This document shows positions 10,801 to 20,511 of a stretch of DNA of 30,812 bases, in pieces. Source of the DNA: Acanthaster planci (Eukaryota); the NCBI RefSeq assembly GCF_001949145.1, contig NW_019091366.1:2996815-3027626 (forward strand), in the 5' to 3' direction. The notes beneath the pieces are model-generated. The model was not told where the DNA came from and made no database searches. It was given only the letters and a program-made list of their open reading frames with translations. Both the position numbers and the translations under genes were made by a program. Position 1 is the first letter of the stretch, and each line of letters opens with the position of its first letter.

Positions 10801-11671
10801 AAACGTAGTGTTATAACACCACATATTATGCAAGATTTTGTTCAGCTTAAAGGAGAAAAGATCTTGTATTAATTCAAAACTGCACAGCAGTGATCAAAAA
10901 ATTACATAAATGTTGGCATACCAGTACCTGACAAATAATTCCTCAAAGTCTACTGGCACTTCTGCACTTTTGAACACTTCCCTGACAGATAACATAAGTT
11001 CAGGACCAACGCCATCCCCTGGGATTAGTGTGACAGTCCTCTTGGTGTCTGGCTCAGCTACTGGAGCCTGGGAACATCACAAACATATTTAAGTAAAAAA
11101 GCAATTAAGGGTCTAGGAAGCAAGGAGAAAAAGAAGCAGGCTAAGAGTGAAATAGGAGAAGCAACAGTTCTTTTATATGAAAAACAAGCAATAGAGGGGC
11201 TGCATGGAGCACCCTCACAGAGGACAGGTCTTGGTTCCTGTGTAATATGCTTGAAAAGACCCTATAGTCCTTTCTTGTCATATAAATCTAAATAACAAAC
11301 ATGTCCTTTGTGAGGGCACTCCACACAGCCCCTCTAAGGCTCTGGACTATAGGCCTAAAAGAAGCCAAAAGACATAAATAAATGTTTAATTCTCTTGTAG
11401 ACCACGTGGCCACTGGATGATCTTCATAATTTTAATATTGTTTTGTTTAGACAGATTTCCATACTAACCACTTTTATTAACACTTTGAATTAGGTTTAAC
11501 TGGAAAAAGTAACCAAAACTCACTAAAGACAATCTGAATTCTAACACTTGTATTTTCTAACTTACCACAGGTTTTTGACAAGCTTGGCTTATTGCAAGTG
11601 TTCTGACTAGTAAGTGGACTGATGGTAACTGTGAAAAGTAATGTTTGAATAGTAAATGTTAATAACAGCAT
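7818..11671 (-). CDS. IDH3B: NAD+-dependent isocitrate dehydrogenase (IDH3) subunit, most similar to the beta/gamma regulatory subunits. Ten exons.
   Basis: Spliced product: ...[36 protein letters not shown] / [20 protein letters not shown] / [44 protein letters not shown] / [45 protein letters not shown] / [74 protein letters not shown] / [20 protein letters not shown] / [46 protein letters not shown]. Colinear with human IDH3B ([53 protein letters not shown]). Confidence 0.9.
7865..7935 (-). CDS. IDH3B: IDH3 exon [23 protein letters not shown]
   Basis: Acceptor gactgaag and donor CAG followed by gtaaac. Matches IDH3B/G KVRTRDMGGY.TT.DF...VI. Confidence 0.85.
8272..8332 (-). CDS. IDH3B: IDH3 exon [21 protein letters not shown]
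   Basis: Acceptor ttgaattacag and donor AAG followed by gtgagt. Confidence 0.8.
8777..8871 (-). CDS. IDH3B: IDH3 exon [31 protein letters not shown]
   Basis: Acceptor tttgattggtcag and donor CA followed by gtaagt. Holds the conserved IANPTA motif. Confidence 0.85.
9182..9431 (-). CDS. IDH3B: IDH3 exon [14 protein letters not shown]...[35 protein letters not shown]
   Basis: Acceptor ttttcttttctag and donor CCT followed by gtaagt. Confidence 0.9.
9772..9905 (-). CDS. IDH3B: IDH3 exon [44 protein letters not shown]
   Basis: Acceptor ttttctatcag and donor AT followed by gtgagt. Confidence 0.9.
10045..10177 (-). CDS. IDH3B: IDH3 exon [44 protein letters not shown]
   Basis: Acceptor ccctgacag and donor GAG followed by gtaatc. 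Confidence 0.9.
10553..10690 (-). CDS. IDH3B: IDH3 exon [46 protein letters not shown]
   Basis: Acceptor tttctgcag and donor ATCAG followed by gtttgg. Matches IDH3B RNRVALKGNIET... Confidence 0.8.
10928..11060 (-). CDS. IDH3B: IDH3 exon (V)[43 protein letters not shown]
   Basis: Holds the PGDGVGPE nucleotide/substrate-binding N-terminal motif. Donor GTCAG followed by gtactg. Confidence 0.85.
11566..11671 (-). CDS. IDH3B: IDH3 putative first coding exon ([35 protein letters not shown]) acting as a presequence
   Basis: A true ATG at 11671-11669 on the minus strand. The donor TGTG|gtaagt is in phase with the acceptor ggctccag|TA of the next exon. The sequence is hydroxyl-rich with few basic residues, so assignment as a mitochondrial targeting peptide is tentative. 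Confidence 0.4.
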
Positions 11672-11699
11672 TTACAGTGACAAAAAATGATTTCAAGAT

Positions 11700-11800
11700 T
11701 TTGGGGAGTCAGGTTGGCGTAGTGATTCTTTCTCAACGCCTTCCATCTCTGCGGCCCGGGTTCGAATCCTGGCCCAGTCCACATGTGGATTGGTTTTCAG
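11700..11800 (+). mobile_element. tRNA-derived SINE-like fragment with a B-box/T-arm-like motif
   Basis: gcggcccgggttcgaatcctggcccag holds the canonical tRNA T-arm/B-box consensus GGTTCGAATCC. No complete cloverleaf can be folded, so a SINE head is more likely than a tRNA gene. Confidence 0.4.
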
Positions 11801-12038
11801 TCCCTACCTGATTCCGCGGGTTTTACCCAGAATATTCCTTTGGGGTTTTCCTCCTACCTCTAAAACTGTAACTGCTTCTCACTGTCTCCTCTCTACAGCC
11901 TCAGGTTTTTATTCAGGCTTGCGAGCTACAGTGCCTGGGGTGCTTTTGAGGAATTCTTGGTGTCATTACCAGTGGGAGTGGGACCACGATGCCTGCCACG
12001 ATAGTTACTACCACTGTACCAGTACCACTGCCATACCC

Positions 12039-12120
12039 CCAGAACTGTGGGGTCCAACGTACGTCCGCTCCACTTCTATGTTCATGGGAGCGCAGCGGGC
12101 GTCGGACCCCACAGTTCTGG
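12039..12120. repeat. Perfect 19-nt inverted repeat ccccagaactgtggggtcc / ggaccccacagttctgggg around a ~40 bp GC-rich spacer. The ccccagaactgggg motif recurs at 13305-13320.
   Basis: The reverse-complement identity is directly visible. Additional palindromes ccagtggcagtgccactgccatgcc lie in 11990-12170. Confidence 0.6.
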
Positions 12121-12708
12121 GGGGTAGGCCTACCAGTGGCAGTGCCACTGCCATGCCAGGGGGATGGGTAGAGTCAGTCTGCCACATAGCATTATGCGTT
12201 ATCACAATCAAAAGTAACAGGAAAGATAGACATACAAATACAAAAAGGAGGAAGTTAATTACTCACTTTTAAACCAGTCCTCGTTAATATTTTGCAAAAG
12301 AGGCTAGAATTCGCCATCAGTTTGATCCGTATTTCTTCACGGTCTAGTCTGAGTGACACAGTAGGCAATACACCAATGCAAGGTTCAGAACAGACTGGAC
12401 CCTCTAGATTCAACGTTTTAAATGTACATGTACTCCCAGATCCTTGAAATGATCGAAGAGGGAAACCAGACCGATGTTAACATGGCCCCTTTCACCATGC
12501 GCGCAATTTGTCGCCAGCTTTGCTGGAGTAGTATTTCAAGATCTCAGCTGATAATCTTACCGTTCATCTCTCTCAATAAAAGTGAGAATCACTTCCGACG
12601 GATGGCGAAGGTATTTAAACAATTAGATACTTGATCCATGGAGGAAGGAAAAAACATTGAGGACAAGCCTAGGTTCCCCATACAGCGGCGGACCCAGGAT
12701 TTTTCAAA

Positions 12709-12721
12709 AGGGGGGGGGGGT
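12709..12721. repeat. Poly-G homopolymer (12-13 nt)
   Basis: gggggggggggg. Paired downstream with C/G-rich aaaagggggtggggcgtgtaccctaccccccc (12890-12925). Confidence 0.5.
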
Positions 12722-12967
12722 GAACTGAAACCATGGAGGTAGTATGAAAAGTATCCACTCGGTTTGGGGATTGGAGCAATTTTGTATTCTAGGCACTCTG
12801 TGGTGCAATTTCAGATGGTATGACCCCTCTCTTTTCTTTGCTTGCCCTTTTCTTCCTTTTCATTTATTTATTTATTTATTTAATTTTTTGAAAAGGGGGT
12901 GGGGCGTGTACCCTACCCCCCCGATGATCTGCCCCTGTTCCCTGATTCTTTCCCATGACATACACTA

Positions 12968-13252
12968 GGCCTACCCATGGACGTATATAAAAAAAAGCAG
13001 GACTCGCAATGCCCTTAATCAGCTTATAGAGATCATTAAAACCACTAGCGGCCATTTTACCAAGCCGAATACAAATTAAGTTTGCCCAGCAATGCCCGCC
13101 TTTGTTCTCCCTGGCATCAATAGAAGCAAGCCAACCCACCCATTTGTATTCGGCTTGGTAAAAGGCCGCTGGTTGGCTTCTATTTCATGTATTTCATATA
13201 AAGGCGTTGCAAGTCCAGGGTTTTTTTTATATATGTCCGTGGGCCTACCCCC
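12968..13252. mobile_element. Foldback/MITE-like element. Outer inverted repeats ggcctacccatggacgtatataaaaaaaa ... ttttttttatatatgtccgtgggcctacc, and inner 35-nt inverted repeats (13043-13077 vs 13143-13177).
   Basis: ccactagcggccattttaccaagccgaatacaaat is the near-perfect reverse complement of atttgtattcggcttggtaaaaggccgctggttgg. The element has no coding capacity. Confidence 0.5.
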
Positions 13253-14134
13253 AGTCTGAGCCTAGTATTAAACTTGGACTACACTACCCCCGACGTCCGT
13301 CCTGCTACCCCCAGAACTGGGGAGTCCGCATCTGCCTCACGAGACATACACTATTTCCGATGATCGAAAGGGTACTGACTAACATTAGGCACATTAGGGG
13401 CATTAGGGTGTCGATGCTGTAAGTTTTGACAAAATTGTGCATCAAGAGAACAAGGAGAAACTTGCATGTACACGTACATGTAATTAGACTGGAGCTTATT
13501 GCTATGGGAGTTTTGAAGGCACGCACAGGTGTCACTCATTTTATTAGTGCAGCACCATGTGTTAGTTTTGTACAACCTCAATTGTAGGCCTATATAGGCC
13601 CTAATTATTTACAAAAATAAGTGAAGTTTAATTATTGTGTTGAAATATGTGAACATTGATGTTCTGAAGGTGCTTGGAAGTTTTAAATTAGTTCACTACC
13701 TAATTGAAAAAGGTGGATGTGACTGAAATTAACCAATCTTACAAGAAGTGGAGACTGTCATGACAAAGATGCTTGCACTTGATCATTTTCATCAGGCTCC
13801 TGTGATGTTAGGGAGCTCCATTTCCCATGGACACCGGGGGTTTTGCATTGGAACTGAACATCCAATCAGCCGTTATCCAGTCCCCAATCAAGAGGACTTA
13901 CCACAAGACATGCAAGATACCATTAACGAAGTTGCAGAGAGGGTAACAGGCTCAACAAATTCACTTTACATGTGCAAGGATCCCATTAAAACAAACTACT
14001 GTTAGCATTGTTCTCAGAGCAAGACTTGGATACAACCTGTCATCCGATCCATACAGAATTCTGTTGCCAGATGCCCCATTGTATTTTGCCTATTTCTGAT
14101 TTTAACGTTCTAAAGTGCACTCAACCAAGGGAAA

Positions 14135-14578
14135 ATGAAATCAACTCAAAGAATAAAAGTTTTGACAGGTGAAAGAATGGTACTGGAATGTTTTTCAAGG
14201 AAAAATGAGCAATTTAGGGGCAAACCTTTGAGCTTTATGTACATATATTTGCAAAAGAGTTGTTTGTGCATTGTTACTTATACTGAAAATGTGAATGATT
14301 TGGCTGAAATAGATTCATATATTTATGACTTTATTCATTGCTTTCAGAGTGGATTTGTTCCTAATGTCTTCAAAGCACTCTCCCACCGGCCAGATGAATT
14401 CCGAGCTTTTTTCAGGTATTATGATGTCATCATGGGAAAAGAAACAGGATCACTCACTAAAGCTGATAAAGAAATGATCGTTGTTGCTACCAGCTCAGTC
14501 AACAACTGCTTGTATTGCATCATATCTCACTCAGCACTGTTTAGGATCTACTCCAAGAATCGTATTCTAGCTGACCAG
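14135..14578 (+). CDS. Carboxymuconolactone decarboxylase (CMD)/AhpD-family 'peroxidase-related' protein, exon 1. Holds GFVPNVFKALSHRPDEFRAFF and the catalytic CxxC..H (NNCLYCIISH).
   Basis: Strong similarity to bacterial TIGR01926/PF02627 proteins (GxVPNxF, AL.H.P, E.E.I....S..N.C.YC..SH). ATG at 14135, with in-frame alternative ATGs at 14177 and 14237, so the true start is uncertain. Donor GACCAG|gtgagg at 14578. Confidence 0.75.
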
Positions 14579-15296
14579 GTGAGGAACATCTATGGGCAAA
14601 TTTGATCAAGGACCTCTTGTTAACTAGTGGTTGGTTTGTGCATCATGTACAGTGAAGTTGAATTATGAATGACCCCAGTCCAACGTTGTTAGGTCATTAG
14701 GTCGAAGGGGACAAGAGGTGGCCTGAGGAAGTGCAGAATAGCAAAAAGAAAAGTGAAAAGGGTCGTTTCTCTCTGCACTGTGCTATTGAAAATGGTTCAT
14801 GTCAACCAACGATGCGATCAACCTTGACAGGCTGGTCGTGAATAGTTGACTAGACTTGTACAACCGTTGTTCACTAATGTGCATTCCATCAGAGTTAGTG
14901 GAACTATGATTAACTATGATAATTGATCGAAGTGACCCTGTAGTTACGATTCATTTGAAAATGTCCAATGTCATTCAGACGTGCATGCAATTTGAGGTCT
15001 GTCCTACCAGTGCACCCTACACAAACTCGCATGTGTGCTTTGTTCCCAAATGACTTCACTGTTTGAAATACCAGACTGGTTCACTGAAGTAGGTTTCACA
15101 ATGCATTTTACACCTGTAAATGCTATTTAAAAATGTGCACTTAAGAATATAGCATTTAAGTAAGGATTATTAAAGTGGGTCTTGAGACTAATACTACAAA
15201 TGTGAAAAGTTAATGCCGTGTTGTACATGTTCATGGAATGCATTTCCTTGCAAAGTTTGACAAAAGAGGTATTTTATGATATCTCCACATCTTCAG

Positions 15297-15560
15297 ATTG
15301 CAGCCAATTGGGAATGTGCTGAATTGGACTCCCGACAACGAGTGATTGTGGAGTTTGCCATTGCTGTCTGCAAGTCTGAGACTATCACAGAAGAACACTT
15401 TAAGAAACTAGAAGCACACGGCTTGGACCGTGAAGATGCTTGGGACATTGGTGCTATTGCTTCTTTGTTTGCATTGTCAAATCGAATGGCTCATCTTACA
15501 GATATGAGACCAAATAAAGAGTTTTATTTAATGGGAAGGGTGCCCAAAGAGAAAAAGTAG
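15297..15560 (+). CDS. CMD/AhpD-family protein, exon 2 (IAANWECAELDSRQRVIVEFAIAVCKSETITEEHFKKLEAHGLDREDAWDIGAIASLFALSNRMAHLTDMRPNKEFYLMGRVPKEKK*)
   Basis: Acceptor ctccacatcttcag at 15296, phase 0 with exon 1. Matches the C-terminal half of the bacterial peroxidase-related enzyme family (L.FA.KLT....I...D...L...G..D..I.D...V.A.FN..NR...). Confidence 0.75.
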   Translation: MAANWECAELDSRQRVIVEFAIAVCKSETITEEHFKKLEAHGLDREDAWDIGAIASLFALSNRMAHLTDMRPNKEFYLMGRVPKEKK

Positions 15561-16768
15561 GAGCACAGCTGGATATCAGAAACAAAAGCACTGCAGTCAA
15601 CAAAATGGAAATCTTAGAGTCACTGTAATCACACTTTAATTTTTACAGTAAATTACACAGAAATTGATCATATCCAAACATTTTTCAACATTTAACATCT
15701 GAAGTTGACCACATCTAAACTGTTAACTGGTATCAAGCATTCAAAGTTCTATCCATGAAAAAGTGTCTTATCTTGGTATTGTGATTTTTTTGTTATATTT
15801 ATTTTGATCAATACCACTTAGTAAATTCACTTTAATTACAAAATAAAAAAGTTGCATTTGTGAAAAAAAGTAAAATCTAATGAAGTCCAACAGATTACAA
15901 AGTGGAGTTTACTTTCTAACAGGTACAGAATGTTAACAACCTTGGCAGTCTATCATGTAAAATGTATGTATAAATATAGAACTATGTCATTTAAGCTAAG
16001 CTGTTTTTACCATTGTTTCATTGACACCTTTGTAAATGTGTTTCAGTTTATGCAAGATTGCTGTTCAATGCACGTGCATCTAGTGGTTAATTAATTGAAG
16101 TTGAAAGATAATGTTTTCATGATGGACGTGCAGTTGAAAACAAAAGAAAAAAAAAAGAAAACAACTGTGGTTTGGTAATGATGTTGAATATTGATAAGAG
16201 CATTATTGTGAATACTTTTCTCAAATGAACTGAAGGGAACAAAACTGGATTGATCCTTAGATTTTTAGATAGGTGATGAGTGTCTTGATTGTATTACAAA
16301 CCTCCTCTTGAACTAAACTGGGTATGGGAAGGTTTATGGGATATAGGTTTAAGGATATGGGAAGCTGTAGAGTAGGTTGTAAAAATTTAGCATACATTAT
16401 GAAAGGTTGACAGACTTCCAGTAGAGTCTGCAATACTGCACTTTTGAAACACAGAAAGATGCACATTTTGAATTTAATAATTGTATGCAGTTCACTCAAA
16501 GATAAAATGTACAAATAAAATACAAATTTGTGTTGTCTGAAGCTTGAAAGTTGCAAAATAAAACTGGCAGCTCATTAACGTACAAATGTATGCATAGATG
16601 TACTTACATGTCTGACTGTCCTAGGTGTTTCTTTCAACTATTGGGAATATTTAGTTGAAGTTGTGTCTAATATAAGTTTTAAGGTTTCCTGTCTCCTTGA
16701 CTGGAGATGATAAAAGACACACTGATATGATAGAACAAAATTCATGGCATCTGCAAAATTCTTTAGGT

Positions 16769-16884
16769 TCAAACTGACTGTTGAACGACGGACAAATGCT
16801 GACCATATGTTGGCTGCTCATGGAAACACACAGGCAGGGACCGAGTCGTATCACCATAAGTGTGGCCAAACTGGAATCGAATCT
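16769..16884 (-). CDS. FAM166-like terminal exon (QIRFQFGHTYGDTTRSLPVCFHEQPTYGQHLSVVQQSV*)
   Basis: Acceptor ctatttaacag. Stop TGA at 16771-16769. Confidence 0.65.
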
Positions 16885-19434
16885 CTGTTAAATAGAAAAA
16901 GAGAAATTTAGAGTTACCGTTTTGAATAAATGATAATGGTTGAAAGATTTCAAACAATTTAAATTCTCAGTTGAGTAACACCACTACCACATTTAAAGAA
17001 GGCACTATGAAATTCTAGAATCCTGCTCACGTGGTAGGTATCCTGTGTACTTGGGCACCATTCCAATTTGCTTGTAAAGACGTCTCTGCATCAAGACATC
17101 TCTGTCTTCTTTGGTAAGCTGGATGGATGCCTTTGCTTGGTCATCTGGAAGCATGGTCCTGAAAAAAGAAAAATGATGCAAAAAGAATGAAGACAAAAAA
17201 TCTCAGGCAGTTACTTCACAATCTGTTCAATTATAAAGAGGGCTAAAGGTTGGAACAAGAGAGGGCTAAAGGTTGGAACAAGAGGGCTAAAGGTTGGAAC
17301 AAGAGCACTTTATAGCCTTAACATCTAAACAAAAAATCAGTTCATACTATAGTGATGAAAACAAGGGTACATGTACTAGCCTAGCTAGACCATGACATGG
17401 TAAAGTTATGTATAAACTCTAAACACACAAACTCTAGCTTACTTGGGAGTGTAGGCTTGTCCAATTCTCTCTGCATGCCTTTCTGTCTCATCATAGAAGG
17501 TATTGAAAGATTTATCACAGATGGTATGATAGCGAGCACCTAGGCCCAGTTCAGACACACCTTGTCTTGGAATGAAGCCCTTGTACCCTGGCATAGGGGC
17601 TTCTCTAGATGCACGTTTGTCTTCTGAGAAAGGGAAGGAATTCACCATGTTATATTGAGCGTACTTGGAAATTCGAAAAAGGAATCTGATGAATATTTTA
17701 TGAATTACATATTGCTTTTAGTGGTATTTAAAAAGCAATGCCAAGTCATTACCACAGTTACAGAATTTAAAAAGTAAAGTACAAAAACCGAAAAAAAAAT
17801 CGAGAAAACTCTTTCTCGTATTACAATCATGGAGGTATCAAACAAAGCTTTTCTAAGATTAAATTACAACTCAATCCACTCGGAGAACTGGTAAGGTTAA
17901 ATTCTGTTAACATTTTGAACAATCACCAACCTAGAAGTATTTTGGAAGTCGGATGTCTGTCCCTGTACTGGTTTAATCGGTGGATAACTGTCCCTTCATC
18001 TACCATTGGCCGTAGTGGTTTGATCTGCGTTTGTGCTTTTCGTAATGTGTGCACCTTGGTATCATGTTCCTTGGTGTTCCTCATGAAGTCATCAATGCAG
18101 ACATCACAATCTTCCTTATAGGTGTTGCCAAACTTGAATGGCATTCTGGGAATGTAGCCTGTAATGCGAAGCATTTAAGGTGAAAAAGTACATGAATATG
18201 TACATAAGGGGGCTACATTCAAAAGTATTTTGAGATCGAGGTAAACAAAACGGATTTTGTTGTGGCTTATCAAGCTACATGTATACTGGAAAAGGGTTTT
18301 CAGAACAGGCCCAAAAAACTTGTAGCATTTGATAATTTTAATTTAATCAGGAAATTGATAAGGGAAGGGCTAGCGGTAAGAAACAAGTTCTTGACAATAT
18401 GAGTGTGTTTAAAGCTGGGGGAAATTCTTTTCCTTTAAGTAAATATATGAACTAAATTATCATCAATAAAGGAATATGAGAGAATTTTGGGGGGCGGGTG
18501 GGGTTAGAACTTCACCTGATATGAAAATAACAAAATACGTGTAAATAAATGTGCCTGATACCTGTGTATCCAGGAACCATTTTCTCTGTCAGCTTATTGT
18601 CTCCTGTTGATTTAGGAAGTTTAAGATCTCGTCTTGTACCACTCCCTTCCACATCCTCTGGACCACTTAGACCTGTTCCAACAAAGGTTGTCTTTGGATC
18701 AAAATAGTTCTGCGGAGAGGCTGTATATGCTGGATGCCTGGTTCTCCATGACTATAAATTATAAATTAAACAGAAAAGGGTCTCAATATAGTATAATGTT
18801 GCATAAGCCTACTTGAAAGAACGCGTTTGAAAACTGCATGCAGATAAAAGATTCTCTTGGTTAGCTTAATACACATGAAAGTTAGGACACCAGCTTTTGA
18901 CTTGGTGCGTAATGGGTCAGGTCACTCACATCAGTAACTCTTTCACATTTCAGGTCAGTCCAACAAGTGGCGGGGCAAAAACTAAAGTCAAATACGACTG
19001 TAGACATAACTGAAGTTTCTGAATCATCCATACATTTTACATTCATAGACAAATGGTCACTTATTTTCAGTTTTTATCATACGTTCACACATACAGTCCT
19101 GAATTTTGACATGTGAACTATTATAATTAGTACATTACATGGATTGTATGAGTCCAACCGCTGGTTAGGTTACAGTGGCTAGACGTTCTAAAATTAAACA
19201 TTTATATATTTCCACCATGCAGAAAATTCCTTGGGATGCACAGCAATTCTCTGGACAAATTCTATACTTAATGCACAAAAAAATGAATGTTATTCCTGGC
19301 TGAAACTTTTAAGTTTCATACTGCATATAAGAAATACATGTACATGCAAATGTGTTACCTCAGATAATTTATTTGTAGCATTGCCATATGTATCACCAAC
19401 ATGATACTTGTATTGCTCTATGTAACCTCGGTAC
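16769..19434 (-). CDS. FAM166/CIMIP2-like (DUF2475) ciliary microtubule inner protein. Six exons identified. The initiator exon was not found and is probably at 19440-19960.
   Basis: Product: ..YRGYIEQYKYHVGDTYGNATNKLSE / SWRTRHPAYTASPQNYFDPK...KMVPGYTG / YIPRMPFKFGNTY... / EDKRASREAPMPGYKGFIPRQ... / KTMLPDD...IGMVPKYTGYLP / QIRFQFGHTYGDTTRSLPVCFHEQPTYGQHLSVVQQSV*. The iterated [VI]PGYxG[FY]xP and [FY]xFGxTYG motifs are the FAM166 signature. All junction phases are consistent. Confidence 0.7.
17031..17158 (-). CDS. FAM166-like exon (KTMLPDDQAKASIQLTKEDRDVLMQRRLYKQIGMVPKYTGYLP)
   Basis: Acceptor ttttcttttttcag and donor CCAC followed by gtgagc. Confidence 0.65.
17229..17300. repeat. Tandem repeat, about three copies of a ~23-nt unit (gagggctaaaggttggaacaaga), in a FAM166-like intron
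   Basis: Direct repetition is visible. Confidence 0.7.
17443..17623 (-). CDS. FAM166-like exon (EDKRASREAPMPGYKGFIPRQGVSELGLGARYHTICDKSFNTFYDETERHAERIGQAYTPK)
   Basis: Acceptor ccctttctcag and donor CCAA followed by gtaagc. Confidence 0.65.
17931..18158 (-). CDS. FAM166-like exon (GYIPRMPFKFGNTYKEDCDVCIDDFMRNTKEHDTKVHTLRKAQTQIKPLRPMVDEGTVIHRLNQYRDRHPTSKILL)
   Basis: Acceptor cgcattacag. The weak donor CTAG|gttggt is supported by phase continuity. Confidence 0.6.
18562..18751 (-). CDS. FAM166-like exon (SWRTRHPAYTASPQNYFDPKTTFVGTGLSGPEDVEGSGTRRDLKLPKSTGDNKLTEKMVPGYT)
   Basis: Acceptor aatttatag and donor ACAG followed by gtatca. Confidence 0.65.
19359..19434 (-). CDS. FAM166-like exon (YRGYIEQYKYHVGDTYGNATNKLSE)
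   Basis: Acceptor ttatttcag and donor GAG followed by gtaaca. Confidence 0.6.
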
Positions 19435-19959
19435 CTGAAATAACACACATTAAAAGAATCATGGTTGATACTGAACGTAAATGAATCTCTTTAGATCAAA
19501 TAATGTAATTACATGTAAAATAATAAGAAATAGCAAGTTTCTTTATCTTACTGACCAAAAGGAAAATGATTTTATTTTAATGTTTTATTGCATTAGTTCA
19601 CAAACACATCACTTTTGCACTATATTATTCATATCAATCACTGTCAAACCATGTACATACATGTCATTGGTAAATTGTGAAAGAATTGGCATCTCACTTG
19701 AGATTTATTTACAAATGGTGAAAGCATTCAACCCAACGTTACTAGCAAATATTGAATATATCGAAAATTCAACTGTTGTCACCATGGTCACTGACACGGC
19801 TACGGTAACCAATACAGGTGCAATACTTCAATCAATCAATTATATCCACGTAAAATGTGATTGCATTATGATAACCTCAAATACAATGGTTCAATTTAAA
19901 GTAAGTTTCCTTACCCCGGAAGTTCCGTTCCAGGTTTAAGTTGACTAAATTCTCTCCTT

Positions 19960-20500
19960 CTTTTAACATTCCACGTAGTGGAATTCGGCATAGATGTGTT
20001 CATCATCTTGGCAACGTATCGTTGTCTTTGAACCTTCAGAATCGAACTTTACAGCCTGACAACTTGAGCAGAGTTGTGCCGTTTCGTGGGCGTCGCGCGC
20101 TTGCACTGCAGGTGGCTCTATGTTGTGGCGTGGTGAAGGTACGAGGGTCGTTGCTAGACGTGGTCCGTGTACCTCATTATGCGGTTGTTAGGGGATAGAT
20201 TGCACAGCTAGGAGCATGACATTTGATAGGCAAATGAGGTTGACACGGTGTGTGTAATGAGCACGCCGCTGTGCGGTGGCAGTCGAGGATGGGATATGAT
20301 GCTGCTAGTTGTAAATGATGATGACCAGCTTTGGCGAGCGAGTAAATGAGAAGCTTTCCGTTCTCTCCTGTAGCCGACATGACTTCCATCATGGATGCAG
20401 TGGTGTGACCCGATTCTGTCTGCTTCTGATGATCAATGAAGCAAGACAATTTCGATCGTGTTGTGAGAATTACTTGTAACAAAGAATTTTTGCTAGTGAT
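19960..20500. promoter_or_regulatory. CpG-rich putative promoter/5'UTR region upstream of the TRPV-like gene, possibly bidirectional with the FAM166-like gene
   Basis: CG dinucleotides are locally enriched (ggcgtcgcgcgcttgcactgcagg, acgagggtcgttgctagacgtggtccgtg, gcacgccgctgtgcggtggcagtcgagg) in an otherwise CpG-poor window. Sits just 5' of the first ATG of the TRPV-like gene (20512). Confidence 0.4.
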
Positions 20501-20511
20501 CAGGACACAAA

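Noticed and set aside
11740-11790. A bona fide tRNA gene at the GGTTCGAATCC motif
   Set aside because: Only the T-arm/B-box is recognisable. No acceptor stem, D-arm or anticodon arm of a cloverleaf can be drawn around it. It is called a SINE-like fragment instead.
11790-12272. 160-aa plus-strand ORF
   Set aside because: It overlaps the SINE-like fragment and the palindromic repeats (the same sequence gives ORFs on both strands, 11989-12171 + and 12008-12211 -). It is a repeat-derived artefact.
19481-19939. 152-aa plus-strand ORF between the FAM166-like and TRPV-like genes
   Set aside because: AT-rich and Ile/Asn/Thr-rich with no homology. It overlaps the region where the FAM166-like 5' exons are expected on the opposite strand.
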